A stretch of 42,976 nucleotides of DNA from a virus (lineage: Duplodnaviria; Caudoviricetes). This document shows positions 7,827 to 16,309 of this stretch, one piece after another (the first letter of the stretch is position 1; each line of letters starts with the position of its first letter). The translations under genes and the position numbers were made by a program. The stretch lies in IMG/VR virus record IMGVR_UViG_3300028585_000010, positions 1-42,976 of that record. The stretch is one strand, 5' to 3'. The notes under the pieces are model-generated. The model was not told the origin of the DNA. It saw only the letters and a list, made by a program, of their open reading frames with translations, and searched no databases.

Positions 7827-8313
7827 GAAGCGCAACAAGAAGTACCAAGGGCCAAAGTATGTCGCTCGCAACGTGATCTCAACGTTCTTTGGCGGCATGG
7901 GTGATACGCATATCGACCACTTGCGCACGGTGCAGGTCAAGAACCACATGGCGCTGTCTGAAATGAGCCAGGGGCGGGGCAATCGGGAGCAGTTCAATCT
8001 CATTGTCGGCGCCATTAACATCGGCAACGTGATGTGCGAGCAGGGCATCGGCGACGAATACAGGCAAGTCATGCTGTCGGCGCGTGATGCCATGCTGGAG
8101 GTCGGCAAGAGAGCCATGCGCAATGAAGAACGGTTCGTGTTCACTGGCCCTGAGCTTTGCGCCGTGCGTGAAAGCCTGGAGTGTCACGATGCCCAGTTGG
8201 AGAACGTTCGCGCCATTGACGTCGATAGGGCAGCAGCAGAGGTAGAGCGCCGCGTGCGCCACCGTATCAACAGCACCAGCGTCAAGCGCGAGATGGCGAA
8301 GGAAGCAGCGTAG
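7819..8313 (+). CDS. Conserved phage hypothetical protein
   Basis: 164-aa ORF coupled to the upstream gene and followed by a terminator. Confidence 0.75.
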   Translation: MSKKRNKKYQGPKYVARNVISTFFGGMGDTHIDHLRTVQVKNHMALSEMSQGRGNREQFNLIVGAINIGNVMCEQGIGDEYRQVMLSARDAMLEVGKRAMRNEERFVFTGPELCAVRESLECHDAQLENVRAIDVDRAAAEVERRVRHRINSTSVKREMAKEAA

Positions 8314-8341
8314 CGATGCCGGATAAGCGGCATCTGGCACA

Positions 8342-8366
8342 GCCCACTACGGTGGGCTTTTTCTTT
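8342..8366 (+). terminator. Rho-independent terminator
   Basis: GCCCAC-TACG-GTGGGC followed by TTTTTCTTT. Confidence 0.8.
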
Positions 8367-8411
8367 GCCTGCTGCTTCCCCGCGACACATTGAGCACAGT
8401 ACAAATACTGC

Positions 8412-8440
8412 TTGCAACCATGGTACAGCTAGCTTACACT
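8412..8440 (+). promoter_or_regulatory. Putative sigma70 promoter for the replication operon
   Basis: TTGCAA-17 nt-TACACT immediately before the C4-like element. Confidence 0.6.
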
Positions 8441-8444
8441 GTAC

Positions 8445-8569
8445 TTGTTGATGTGAACGGCATCGGCAAAATGTAACGCCATAGAAGCCGCTTCGGTTTC
8501 TGTGTTCTTAGGGAGAAATCCCCCTGGCCGTTCACCAGGAGAGCACAGAAAACCAAAGCGGCTTTTTTT
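8445..8569 (+). ncRNA. C4 antisense-like RNA #2 with upstream target hairpin and overlapping terminator
   Basis: Hairpin TTGTTGATG-[TGAACGG]-CATCGGCAA; long stem AAGCCGCT...AGCGGCTT enclosing GGGA-GAAA-TCCC (GNRA) and CCTGG-[CCGTTCA]-CCAGG; T7 tract. Confidence 0.75.
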
Positions 8570-8907
8570 GTTTTAAAAGACGGGGCCATAACCCAGCCCT
8601 AGCGGAAGACCACAAAGCATAGTGGTGCAGGTACTCGGATTCAGCCCGACCGCGATAAACGTGCCGCTGCAAAGACGTAACCGGAGTGCCGGGGAATCAA
8701 TGTAGTGAGGGGAGATGAGCCCCACGGTGTAGCGATAGACCTTGAGAACATAGGGATGAGCGCACCGGGCAAGATAAACGTCTGCTGATCGTAGCGCCGT
8801 ATACGGGTGAGGTTTGGACTTGAGCGAAACAGAAATGGGCTTTTGACTTTCCTAAACCGAACCCCAAAAGCGCCCCAACCAAGCGGTATTTAAATTCGGG
8901 GTACAAC

Positions 8908-10401
8908 ATGACATTCGAAGCACGGGCATACCAGACAGAAGCAGTGCAAAACCTGCGATCTGGCCTTGCTGGCGGTTACAAGCGCCAGATTCTTACCAGC
9001 CCGACGGGCAGCGGCAAGACTGAGATCGGCATGATCTTGGTTCGTGGAGCAGTTGCGAAGGGTAAGCGAGTCGCTTTTCTCTGCAATCGCATCAACCTGG
9101 TAGGGCAAACATCAACTCGATTCTTCCGCGCCGGTATTCCTCACGGCGTTATTCAAGGGAACAACACTTCCCGCACATACGAAAACGTAATCGTCGCTTC
9201 GATTCAGACGGTAGCTCGCCGGGGAATGCCCGAAGTCGATTTGCTTGTCATTGACGAGGCCCACGGCGTAGCAGGATCAAAGGACTATCACAAGGTTATC
9301 AAGGAGCATGGCGGCGCTGTCATCGGCCTGTCTGCAACTCCATTCTCCAAGGGCCTAGGCAAACACTATGACGAGCTTAACGGGCCGTTGTTCGAGCAAA
9401 TGGTGGTGGCGGCCTCGATTCAGGATTTGATTGACCAAGGATACTTGGTTGACTGTGATGTGTACGCGCCATCGCAGCCTGATCTGAGCGGCGTCAAAAT
9501 CACAGCAGGCGACTACAACGAGCGGGAACTTGGCGAGGCGGTAGATAAGCCAGCTCTGATTGGAGACATCGTGACCAACTGGCGAAAGTACGCCGATGGT
9601 ACGCCTACTGTCTGCTTCGCTACGAACATTGCTCACTCCAAGCACATAGTAGAACAGTTCGCAGTTGCCGGCGTGGTGGCAGAGCATATCGACTGCTACA
9701 CCGATGAAGATGAGAGAGCGGCAATCCTAGCGCGGGTGGCATCGGGTCAAACGCTTGTCATCAGCAATGTCGGCATTCTTACCGAAGGCTGGGATTTTCC
9801 CGCTTGCAAGACCATGATTCTTGCACGGCCTACGAAAAGCCTGATTCGTTACCTGCAAATGGCAGGTCGCGTTCTGCGTCCAGCTCCAGGCAAAGACCGC
9901 GCCCTGATCCTAGATCACAGCGGAACAGTTCAGAGTATCGGATTCCCTACTGATGACTTCCCAATGGTTCTTTGCGATGGCAAGCCAAAGCAAGCAACGG
10001 GGTCTGACAAGAAGGCAGAGGAAAAGAAGCCAGCTAAATGCCCTCAGTGCAGCTATCTTAAGAAAGGCGGCGGCAAATGCCCTGTTTGCGGATTCCTGCC
10101 GGCTCGCCCAAATACGACTGAACATGCAGAAGGCGAGCTAGTTCCGCTCACAAAGAAGGATAAAGCAAAGGCTGCGAAGCTGGCCGGACTCGATAAGCAA
10201 AACGTCTATTCAGAGCTGTTCCGCATGGGGCAAGAGAAGGGATACAAAAGCGGCTGGGTGGCGAACCAGTACCGAAGCATCTTCGGGGTGTGGCCGAAGG
10301 GACTCAATGACATAGGCCGACCGCCTAGCCTAGTTGTTCAGAACATGGTTAAAGCAAACATTATTCGATTCCACAAGGGGAATAAGAATGCTCAACGTTA
10401 A
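8908..10401 (+). CDS. SF2 DEAD/DEAH-type helicase with C-terminal Zn ribbon
   Basis: SPTGSGKT Walker A, VIDEAH, LSATP, LTEGWD, QMAGRVLR, CPQC...CPVCG. Confidence 0.95.
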   Translation: MTFEARAYQTEAVQNLRSGLAGGYKRQILTSPTGSGKTEIGMILVRGAVAKGKRVAFLCNRINLVGQTSTRFFRAGIPHGVIQGNNTSRTYENVIVASIQTVARRGMPEVDLLVIDEAHGVAGSKDYHKVIKEHGGAVIGLSATPFSKGLGKHYDELNGPLFEQMVVAASIQDLIDQGYLVDCDVYAPSQPDLSGVKITAGDYNERELGEAVDKPALIGDIVTNWRKYADGTPTVCFATNIAHSKHIVEQFAVAGVVAEHIDCYTDEDERAAILARVASGQTLVISNVGILTEGWDFPACKTMILARPTKSLIRYLQMAGRVLRPAPGKDRALILDHSGTVQSIGFPTDDFPMVLCDGKPKQATGSDKKAEEKKPAKCPQCSYLKKGGGKCPVCGFLPARPNTTEHAEGELVPLTKKDKAKAAKLAGLDKQNVYSELFRMGQEKGYKSGWVANQYRSIFGVWPKGLNDIGRPPSLVVQNMVKANIIRFHKGNKNAQR

Positions 10402-11302
10402 AGCGAGAACCATTGATCTTGCACTTGGCAAGTGGCCTGGAATTTTGGTCGCGCTTGGGGTAGACGAGAAGTTCCTAAGCAAAAAGCATGGCTCATGTCC
10501 GTTTTGTGGCGGCGTAGACCGTTTCAGGTTCGACAACAAGAACGGTTCAGGCTCGTTCATTTGCTCGCACTGTGGCGCTGGTGGTGGTATGGAATTTCTA
10601 ATGCGTCTGTTTGGGTGGCCTTTTAAGGAGGCAGCCGCAAATGTTGACCGCGTAATTGGTACGGTGAAAGAGACTGTTCAGCGCGAAGAGCGTTCAGAGG
10701 CCGACAAGGTTGCCTCAATCAAGAAGGTGCTTCGTGAATGTCGAGCTGTCATCAAGGGTGACCCGGTCTGGATTTATCTTAACCGGCGCACTGGCATAGT
10801 TGATGTGCCTAGCGATATCAAGTTTCATCCAGGATTGCATCACACCGAGGGAGGCATGCACCCGGTAATGGTTTCTGTCCTGCGCGCCGCTGACGGTACG
10901 GGGATAACAGTTCACAGAACATATCTCACGCTGGATGGGCGCAAGGCATCAATGAACCCGTCTAAGAAGTTCATGGCTGGCAGGCGTTTGAATGGAGGCG
11001 CGGTGAGGCTGTCGCGTGTTCAGCCGGAGATTGGCATTGCCGAGGGTATCGAAACGGCTTTAGCGGCTTCTGAGCGGTTCAAGATGCCCGTATGGGCGGC
11101 GACTAACTCTGTTTTGCTTGAGCAGTTTATGCCCCCCGATGGTTTGCAATCGGTTGTCATCTTCGGGGATACCGATTCTTCATTCACCGGGCAATCTGCC
11201 GCCTATAATCTTGCCCGTAGGCTAGTGCGTGATGGAATCAAAGCGGAGGTTGTTCTTCCTGACCAGATCGATAAAGACTGGTGTGACTTGGCGGGGATAT
11301 GA
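10388..11302 (+). CDS. DNA primase (P4-alpha-type Zn-binding plus TOPRIM)
   Basis: HGSCPFCGGVDRFRFD...CSHCG; IAEGIETALA; IFGDTD; KDWCD. Confidence 0.92.
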   Translation: MLNVKARTIDLALGKWPGILVALGVDEKFLSKKHGSCPFCGGVDRFRFDNKNGSGSFICSHCGAGGGMEFLMRLFGWPFKEAAANVDRVIGTVKETVQREERSEADKVASIKKVLRECRAVIKGDPVWIYLNRRTGIVDVPSDIKFHPGLHHTEGGMHPVMVSVLRAADGTGITVHRTYLTLDGRKASMNPSKKFMAGRRLNGGAVRLSRVQPEIGIAEGIETALAASERFKMPVWAATNSVLLEQFMPPDGLQSVVIFGDTDSSFTGQSAAYNLARRLVRDGIKAEVVLPDQIDKDWCDLAGI

Positions 11303-11526
11303 AAGTAAGTAAGGCATTCATGCGCGACTTCGCATACATCGCCAACTATTACGAGTGGGACGATAAGACAGTCGAAGAGGTAAAGCAGGAGACAAGAGAC
11401 AGCCCAGCACTTGTCGCCTACTGGAGAAATTTAGCAGCTGCGCATAGGGCCGGATACGCCCAGAACCGTGACAACAACTGGATCAGGTTAGAACACTGGA
11501 AGCAGATTAATCAATCGAAGGAGTAA
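11299..11526 (+). CDS. Hypothetical protein
   Basis: ATGA-coupled ORF. Confidence 0.7.
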   Translation: MKVSKAFMRDFAYIANYYEWDDKTVEEVKQETRDSPALVAYWRNLAAAHRAGYAQNRDNNWIRLEHWKQINQSKE

Positions 11527-11529
11527 CGC

Positions 11530-11736
11530 ATGTGTGATACCAGCATCCGCCGCTTGACTGCGCAAGAGCGCGAGGAAGAAGAGTACCGTAGCCTGTTCGC
11601 GCAAGTGGACGAGCAGATGAAGGCTGGCTACGAGAAGGACTTCGGCCCGACATACCGCCAGCTGTACCCGTATAAGTCGGACTGGCAGCTGATCGACAAG
11701 GTTGTAACGAGGATGATGCGGAGTGCATGGGCATAG
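11530..11736 (+). CDS. Hypothetical protein
   Basis: ORF with AAGGAG RBS. Confidence 0.7.
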   Translation: MCDTSIRRLTAQEREEEEYRSLFAQVDEQMKAGYEKDFGPTYRQLYPYKSDWQLIDKVVTRMMRSAWA

Positions 11737-11748
11737 TTCAAATAACCC

Positions 11749-11776
11749 TTGATCTTTCCAAGAACAGTGTTACACT
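11749..11776 (+). promoter_or_regulatory. Putative sigma70 promoter
   Basis: TTGATC-16-TACACT with TGn extended -10. Confidence 0.45.
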
Positions 11777-11804
11777 AAAGTCTCCAATTACAAGAGAGGC
11801 AGAA

Positions 11805-11978
11805 ATGGCTAGACCAGTTGACCAGCGGACGTTGAGAGCAGAGAGGCTTCTGACCACTCCGCATCCTCGTAGCCCTTCGGGGCAACCTTACACAAGGGCC
11901 GAAGCAGCGCGTGAAGCAGGAATCGCTCTTGCCACGTTGTATTATCACCTTAACAAAAACAAGCAAGAAGCTAAATAA
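11805..11978 (+). CDS. Small HTH DNA-binding protein
   Basis: TRAEAAREAGIALATLYYHL; GAGG RBS. Confidence 0.7.
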   Translation: MARPVDQRTLRAERLLTTPHPRSPSGQPYTRAEAAREAGIALATLYYHLNKNKQEAK

Positions 11979-11995
11979 TCAAACTAAAGGGAGAA

Positions 11996-12781
11996 ATGAT
12001 GAGTAACGAAAAATACGATGCCAATAAGGCGGCAGAAGAAGGCGAACTGCCAGCGCTGCCAGAAGAGTATTACATGGCGTATGGTAATCGGACGTATGAC
12101 GAGGATCACATGCGCGCCTACGCACGCCAAGCCATCGCAGCCGACCGCGCATCCCGTCAGGTCGCCAATAAGGCGGAAGTCGAGCGAGACGCTGCCCGTT
12201 ATCGTTGGCTGCGGAACCCTGATACCGATGTGGCTTTGGTTATTGATAAACAGACTGGATTCGTTAATCCAATGGAAGGAGTGCCGGGCGTAGGCGGATA
12301 CCACACTTACGAATACCGCGCTGGCGACGAACTCGACGCCGCCATCGACGCAGCAATGGGCATCGCCGCCCCTCCTGCAACTACTGGTGCAAGCACTGTA
12401 CTGACGGATGCGCGGATCGAGGAAATCTACGAAGGTATCGGCCATACCTGCACGCAAACTGATATTACCTTCGCCCGCGCCATCGAGCGCGAAACGCTGA
12501 TCGCTGCATTGATCGCCAACGACAAGAAAATCGACCCGGTCGCGGCACAAGCCGGTCAGGTAGCGGTGCCGGAAGGCTGGAAGCTGGTGCCGATTGAAGG
12601 CACCAGAAAAATGAAGAAGGCTGGGTTGACCGCGCTGCGCAAACTTTTGGGAAGCACTGTCGACGCGCTCGAAGTCGATGCGTGCTACGCGGCCATGCTT
12701 GCCGCCACTCCCTTGTCAGCCAGCGAATCCCTGCGCTCCCCACAAGAAGCAGCGGGAACCGAGAAAGGGGCGAACCAATGA
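11996..12781 (+). CDS. Mosaic phage hypothetical protein
   Basis: Common lambdoid accessory modules RDAARYRWLR, ELDAAIDAAM, VPEGWKLVP.E.T..M. Confidence 0.8.
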   Translation: MMSNEKYDANKAAEEGELPALPEEYYMAYGNRTYDEDHMRAYARQAIAADRASRQVANKAEVERDAARYRWLRNPDTDVALVIDKQTGFVNPMEGVPGVGGYHTYEYRAGDELDAAIDAAMGIAAPPATTGASTVLTDARIEEIYEGIGHTCTQTDITFARAIERETLIAALIANDKKIDPVAAQAGQVAVPEGWKLVPIEGTRKMKKAGLTALRKLLGSTVDALEVDACYAAMLAATPLSASESLRSPQEAAGTEKGANQ

Positions 12782-12972
12782 GCAGCACACGCGAAATCGT
12801 GCCAGTCGATATGCAGCAGGTCATTGAGTATCTGCAAAAGAATCTGCGCATCGAGGTCAAGACTGAAAGCAACTATACGGGCGATATGGACGGCAGCGGA
12901 AGCCTCTACAGCGACAGCCACACAATCGAACTCGTACTTGATGGCGACGTCATCAGTTCGACCAGAATTTAA
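12778..12972 (+). CDS. Hypothetical protein, 64 aa
   Basis: ATGA-coupled start MSSTREIV. Confidence 0.7.
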   Translation: MSSTREIVPVDMQQVIEYLQKNLRIEVKTESNYTGDMDGSGSLYSDSHTIELVLDGDVISSTRI

Positions 12973-12981
12973 GGAATCGAA

Positions 12982-14706
12982 ATGAGCCAATCCAACGATA
13001 GCGAACTGAATCTCGACCACCTGGAGGCGCTGGCACCGTGCCCCTTCTGCGAAAGCACGAATCTGCACATCGAGACCAGCAGCGTGCAGCCCGACGACTA
13101 CCACGATGCGTGGGTGCATTGCGGTGACTGCTTGGCTGAAGGGCGGCATGCCCTCAGCCTCGAAGGCTGGCTTCCAAACAGGGAAGAGGCGAAGGCCGAG
13201 GCTATCGCGGCCTGGAACCGTCGTACTCCCCAGCCAGTAGCAGCGCCGACAGCCGGGGATGCGCTGCCGCCGTTCACGGTCAGCCGATACAGCGACACGC
13301 AGCAGCGCGGCGTTCTGGCCATCTTCGACCGCAAGCTGTCCGATAGCGAACTCGATACCGTGCGCGCCGCCCTCGCCAACCAGCCAGCGCCGACAGCCGC
13401 ACCGATGTGCTGGAGCGCACTGGCACGCCGCCCGATTCTCTACACCGACACAGTGGGCGGCCAGCAGACCTGCCGGGATGACCTGTGGGCCGTAGCTACT
13501 GCCGAACTGAATGCAGCGCCGACAGTGCCAGCCGCTACGCTGCGGAAAGCATTGCGCGATTTACTCTTGGACGTAAACGCACGCATTTTCGATGGCGAGG
13601 CTGCGCGCGACGCGCAGACGCTGCTCGACAGCCATGATGATGATGATGACTCACGCCACCCAGCGCCGACCGCTCAAGCATACCTCGCGGCAGAACTTGA
13701 TCCCGCCGAGCCGGTGTATCGAGTATCGGACTTGATCCGCCAGCCAGCGCCGACAGCCGCACCGGAGCAGGTTGCACCGCTGGAGGGCCGCATTGTATCG
13801 GTTGACGTGAGCACTGGTGAAGATGATGCACTGAACCGCATTTATGCGGAGCTGACCGGCGAGACTGCATCGGACGGGGAAACACTGATCGCTATCGAGC
13901 AGTCGCGGAATTTCTCGCAGCCATCCGAGGCCGCGCCGCTGGATGACAAGCATGCCAGGGAACTGGCGCGCGCCGATCAGTCGCCTGTAACAATCAACAA
14001 TGACCAGCTGGCTGCATTTCATCGCTTTTGCGATTGCTGCGAGGACTTTGACGCTGACGGCCATGACGTGTCGAAAGCGATGATGTCACAGATGGTGCGT
14101 ATTGGTCTGGTTCGTCCGGCTGGACCAGGTCGACATGAAACCACAGAGTTTGGTGACTGGCTTCGAGACGCGCATCAACCAGCGCAGGAGCAGGCCGAGC
14201 CGGGCGCGTGGCATGTACTTGAAATGGCGGACCAGCCGGACCCTGACCGTCTACTCGACGTTGTGCTCACCAACGGCGTGACGCGTGAGAGCCTTCGCTA
14301 CACCAGCATCGACTGGACGCAAGTCGCGGACTGGCGCTACGCCGCCTCTCCGGTTGTGCGTGCACAGAGTGAAGAGAGCGAGGTGGCCGACGAATGGCGG
14401 CAAGTTCTGGACGAGGTGGCGCGCGCGACTCGCAAGTTCCCGACTTGGCCGACTGACCCGTTGCATGCTGTCGCCGTGCTGGGTGAAGAATTTGGCGAGC
14501 TGACGAAAGCCGTGCTGCAAACGGCATACGAGCCGCACAAAGTCGAGGAAGGCGAACTGCGCACCGAAGCCATCCAGACGGCAGCAATGGCCCTGCGCTT
14601 CGTCGCCAGCCTCGAAAAGTACGAGTTCACCTGCTGCGCACAGCATTCTCAGGGTCGCGCAGCTATCCGTGCCGCTCAGGAAGGAGGTGCGCATGAAAAC
14701 CGCTGA
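12982..14706 (+). CDS. Multidomain mosaic protein: N-terminal Lar-like (restriction alleviation) Zn finger, C-terminal MazG-like domain
   Basis: LAPCPFC...VHCGDC...AIAAWNRR; C-terminal VLGEEFGELTKAVL...LRTEAIQTAAMALRF; segments joined by APT linkers. Confidence 0.7.
   Translation: MSQSNDSELNLDHLEALAPCPFCESTNLHIETSSVQPDDYHDAWVHCGDCLAEGRHALSLEGWLPNREEAKAEAIAAWNRRTPQPVAAPTAGDALPPFTVSRYSDTQQRGVLAIFDRKLSDSELDTVRAALANQPAPTAAPMCWSALARRPILYTDTVGGQQTCRDDLWAVATAELNAAPTVPAATLRKALRDLLLDVNARIFDGEAARDAQTLLDSHDDDDDSRHPAPTAQAYLAAELDPAEPVYRVSDLIRQPAPTAAPEQVAPLEGRIVSVDVSTGEDDALNRIYAELTGETASDGETLIAIEQSRNFSQPSEAAPLDDKHARELARADQSPVTINNDQLAAFHRFCDCCEDFDADGHDVSKAMMSQMVRIGLVRPAGPGRHETTEFGDWLRDAHQPAQEQAEPGAWHVLEMADQPDPDRLLDVVLTNGVTRESLRYTSIDWTQVADWRYAASPVVRAQSEESEVADEWRQVLDEVARATRKFPTWPTDPLHAVAVLGEEFGELTKAVLQTAYEPHKVEEGELRTEAIQTAAMALRFVASLEKYEFTCCAQHSQGRAAIRAAQEGGAHENR
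13241..13764 (+). repeat. Five dispersed copies of CAGCGCCGAC (APT linker)
   Basis: Core at 13241, 13385, 13514, 13661, 13745; 24-nt exact copies at 13381-13404 and 13741-13764. Confidence 0.85.
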
Positions 14707-15085
14707 GCTGACCGGCGCGCTGCTGGATTACTGGGTGGCCGGGGCTGCCGGCGTTGACGCCGTGATGTCCGATCCGCACCGCAACGGATCGCGCAACATG
14801 GTCACGTTCTATGGACGAGACCACGACGGCCACCTAGATGGACGCAGCTACAAGCCATCGGAGCACTGGAGCGACGGCGGCGAGATCATCGAGCGCGAAC
14901 GCATTGGGCTGATGCCGGTTCTTCATGACGGCGAAAGCTGCTGGATGGCGGCCCATCCTAACTTCGGCTCCGGCTACCCTGGCCCGACGCCGCTGGTGGC
15001 GGCCATGCGTGCCTACGTGGCCAGCAAGTTCGGCGGCGAGGTGCCGGATGACGCAGCTATCCAGGCTGCTCAGGAAGGAAAGTAG
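14693..15085 (+). CDS. NinX/DUF2591 family phage protein
   Basis: ELTGALLDYWVA...PSEHWSDGGEIIERERI...GPTPLVAAMRAYVASKFG. Confidence 0.85.
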   Translation: MKTAELTGALLDYWVAGAAGVDAVMSDPHRNGSRNMVTFYGRDHDGHLDGRSYKPSEHWSDGGEIIERERIGLMPVLHDGESCWMAAHPNFGSGYPGPTPLVAAMRAYVASKFGGEVPDDAAIQAAQEGK

Positions 15086-15155
15086 CAATCTGCTGATTCA
15101 TGGGCTATACTAGGTGCAGAAGAGCCTCATCACTCTTTCTCCCTAGTTTGGATTT

Positions 15156-15183
15156 GGCCCGGCGCTTGTCGGGCTATTTTTTT
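15156..15183 (+). terminator. Rho-independent terminator
   Basis: GGCCCGGC-GCTT-GTCGGGCT then A-T7. Confidence 0.7.
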
Positions 15184-15192
15184 GGAGTTGGC

Positions 15193-15513
15193 ATGTGGGG
15201 AAGTAAATCTAGACATGAGCGCGGCTATGGCCTGGAGTGGACTAGGTTGCGCAAACAGGTCATAGAGCGCGACAAGGGCTTGTGCCAGATATGTCTAGCA
15301 AAGGGCATCGTCCACCCTGGCAAGGACGTAGATCACAAAGTAAGCAAGGCGCGCGCTGCACAGCTAGGTTGGAGCAAGCAGCAGACAGAGGCGCTAAGTA
15401 ATCTTTGGTACATCTGCCGTGCCGAGCATCTCAAGAAGACTGAAGAAGAGCAAGGCAAGAAGAAGAACCCGCCAAAGCCAACTATCGGTGCTGATGGGTG
15501 GCCTATTTCATGA
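15193..15513 (+). CDS. HNH endonuclease, HK97 gp74-like packaging accessory
   Basis: RGYGLEWTRLR..VIERD..LCQIC...DVDH...NL..IC..H..KT and C-terminal IGADGWP; GGAG RBS. Confidence 0.85.
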   Translation: MWGSKSRHERGYGLEWTRLRKQVIERDKGLCQICLAKGIVHPGKDVDHKVSKARAAQLGWSKQQTEALSNLWYICRAEHLKKTEEEQGKKKNPPKPTIGADGWPIS

Positions 15514-15533
15514 ATTAGTGGTACAGTTAAATC

Positions 15534-15902
15534 TCAGTGTTGCTAGTAGAGCGGCTGGGCGTAAAAACCTATGTTTCTGAGGAAGATACGAACTCAGGCA
15601 CTGAATGACAGCGTAACTTCGGGATAAGCTGACGGTTGGTGAAAGTCCAGCCACCACATAGCTTCATCTTCTTAACTCAGTGACGCGAACGGATACAGCG
15701 GGGCCTCATAACGGGGTTGCTAAGGGGTTCGATTCCCCTACTGGGAAATGCGGGACGCCGCATGGAGGGTCCAGCTATGTGGTGTGAAGACTATTGATTG
15801 TAGTCGGGCCGGCCAGACCGAAAGGATGCTCGCCTAGCTGGATAAAGAAGCAGCCGTATATCCAGACATGCAGAGTTAATCGCCTGCCGCCACACTCTTC
15901 AC
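15534..15902 (+). ncRNA. Candidate large structured non-coding RNA with tRNA-like domains
   Basis: Dense run of hairpins, UUCG/GAAA loops, 12-bp helix CACCACATAGCT/AGCTATGTGGTG enclosing a tRNA-like cloverleaf. Confidence 0.6.
15675..15747 (+). pseudogene. Degenerate tRNA-like element (CAT at the anticodon position)
   Basis: T-arm AGGGG-TTCGATT-CCCCT, acceptor CTCAGT/ACTGGG, D-stem CGC/GCG, CTCATAA loop, but the canonical anticodon stem does not pair and no CCA is encoded. Confidence 0.55.
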
Positions 15903-15976
15903 TTTACTGTTTCTTCCGAGTTGCGAATCGGCTATTATTTGCATGCCCTCCCGCTAACGCAACTGAAGGAAACAAC

Positions 15977-16309
15977 ATGGCGGATTCCACTGAAGGCCCA
16001 GCCAAGATTAGCTTTGGCATCGGGTCAAACTCCAAGCGAAACATGGTGCGGCTAGCCGATGGCTCATACGCGGATGTTTTTGCGCCAGCTTACGGCTCGG
16101 GGCTAGTGACTGATAGCACGGGGGAACACACGTTTGACACGAATTCGCTCCCTTCTCGCTACAGGTACGATGCTGACGGTCAGATGATCTCGGCAACGTT
16201 TGGGCCGGATAAGGCTAGCCGTTTTGTACGTCAGACTTCTGAGTGGGAAAACGGCAATCTCAAAGGTGAGTCTGCTTGGTTTCTCGTTGACTCGCTGGAG
16301 GCACCATGA
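15977..16309 (+). CDS. Hypothetical protein, 110 aa
   Basis: ATG behind AAGGA; coupled to the downstream fibre-like gene. Confidence 0.75.
   Translation: MADSTEGPAKISFGIGSNSKRNMVRLADGSYADVFAPAYGSGLVTDSTGEHTFDTNSLPSRYRYDADGQMISATFGPDKASRFVRQTSEWENGNLKGESAWFLVDSLEAP

Noticed and set aside
15611-15628. CGTAACTTCGGGATAAG resembles a 23S rRNA segment
   Set aside because: Only ~17 nt with no flanking rRNA similarity; better explained as a UUCG hairpin motif within the candidate ncRNA
15675-15747. Functional tRNA-Met/Ile(CAT)
   Set aside because: Anticodon stem cannot pair around a 7-nt loop, position 8 is not T and no CCA is encoded; kept only as tRNA-like
15794-15976. N-terminal extension of ORF 15794-16309
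   Set aside because: TTG start without RBS inside the structured region; ATG 15977 has a good RBS
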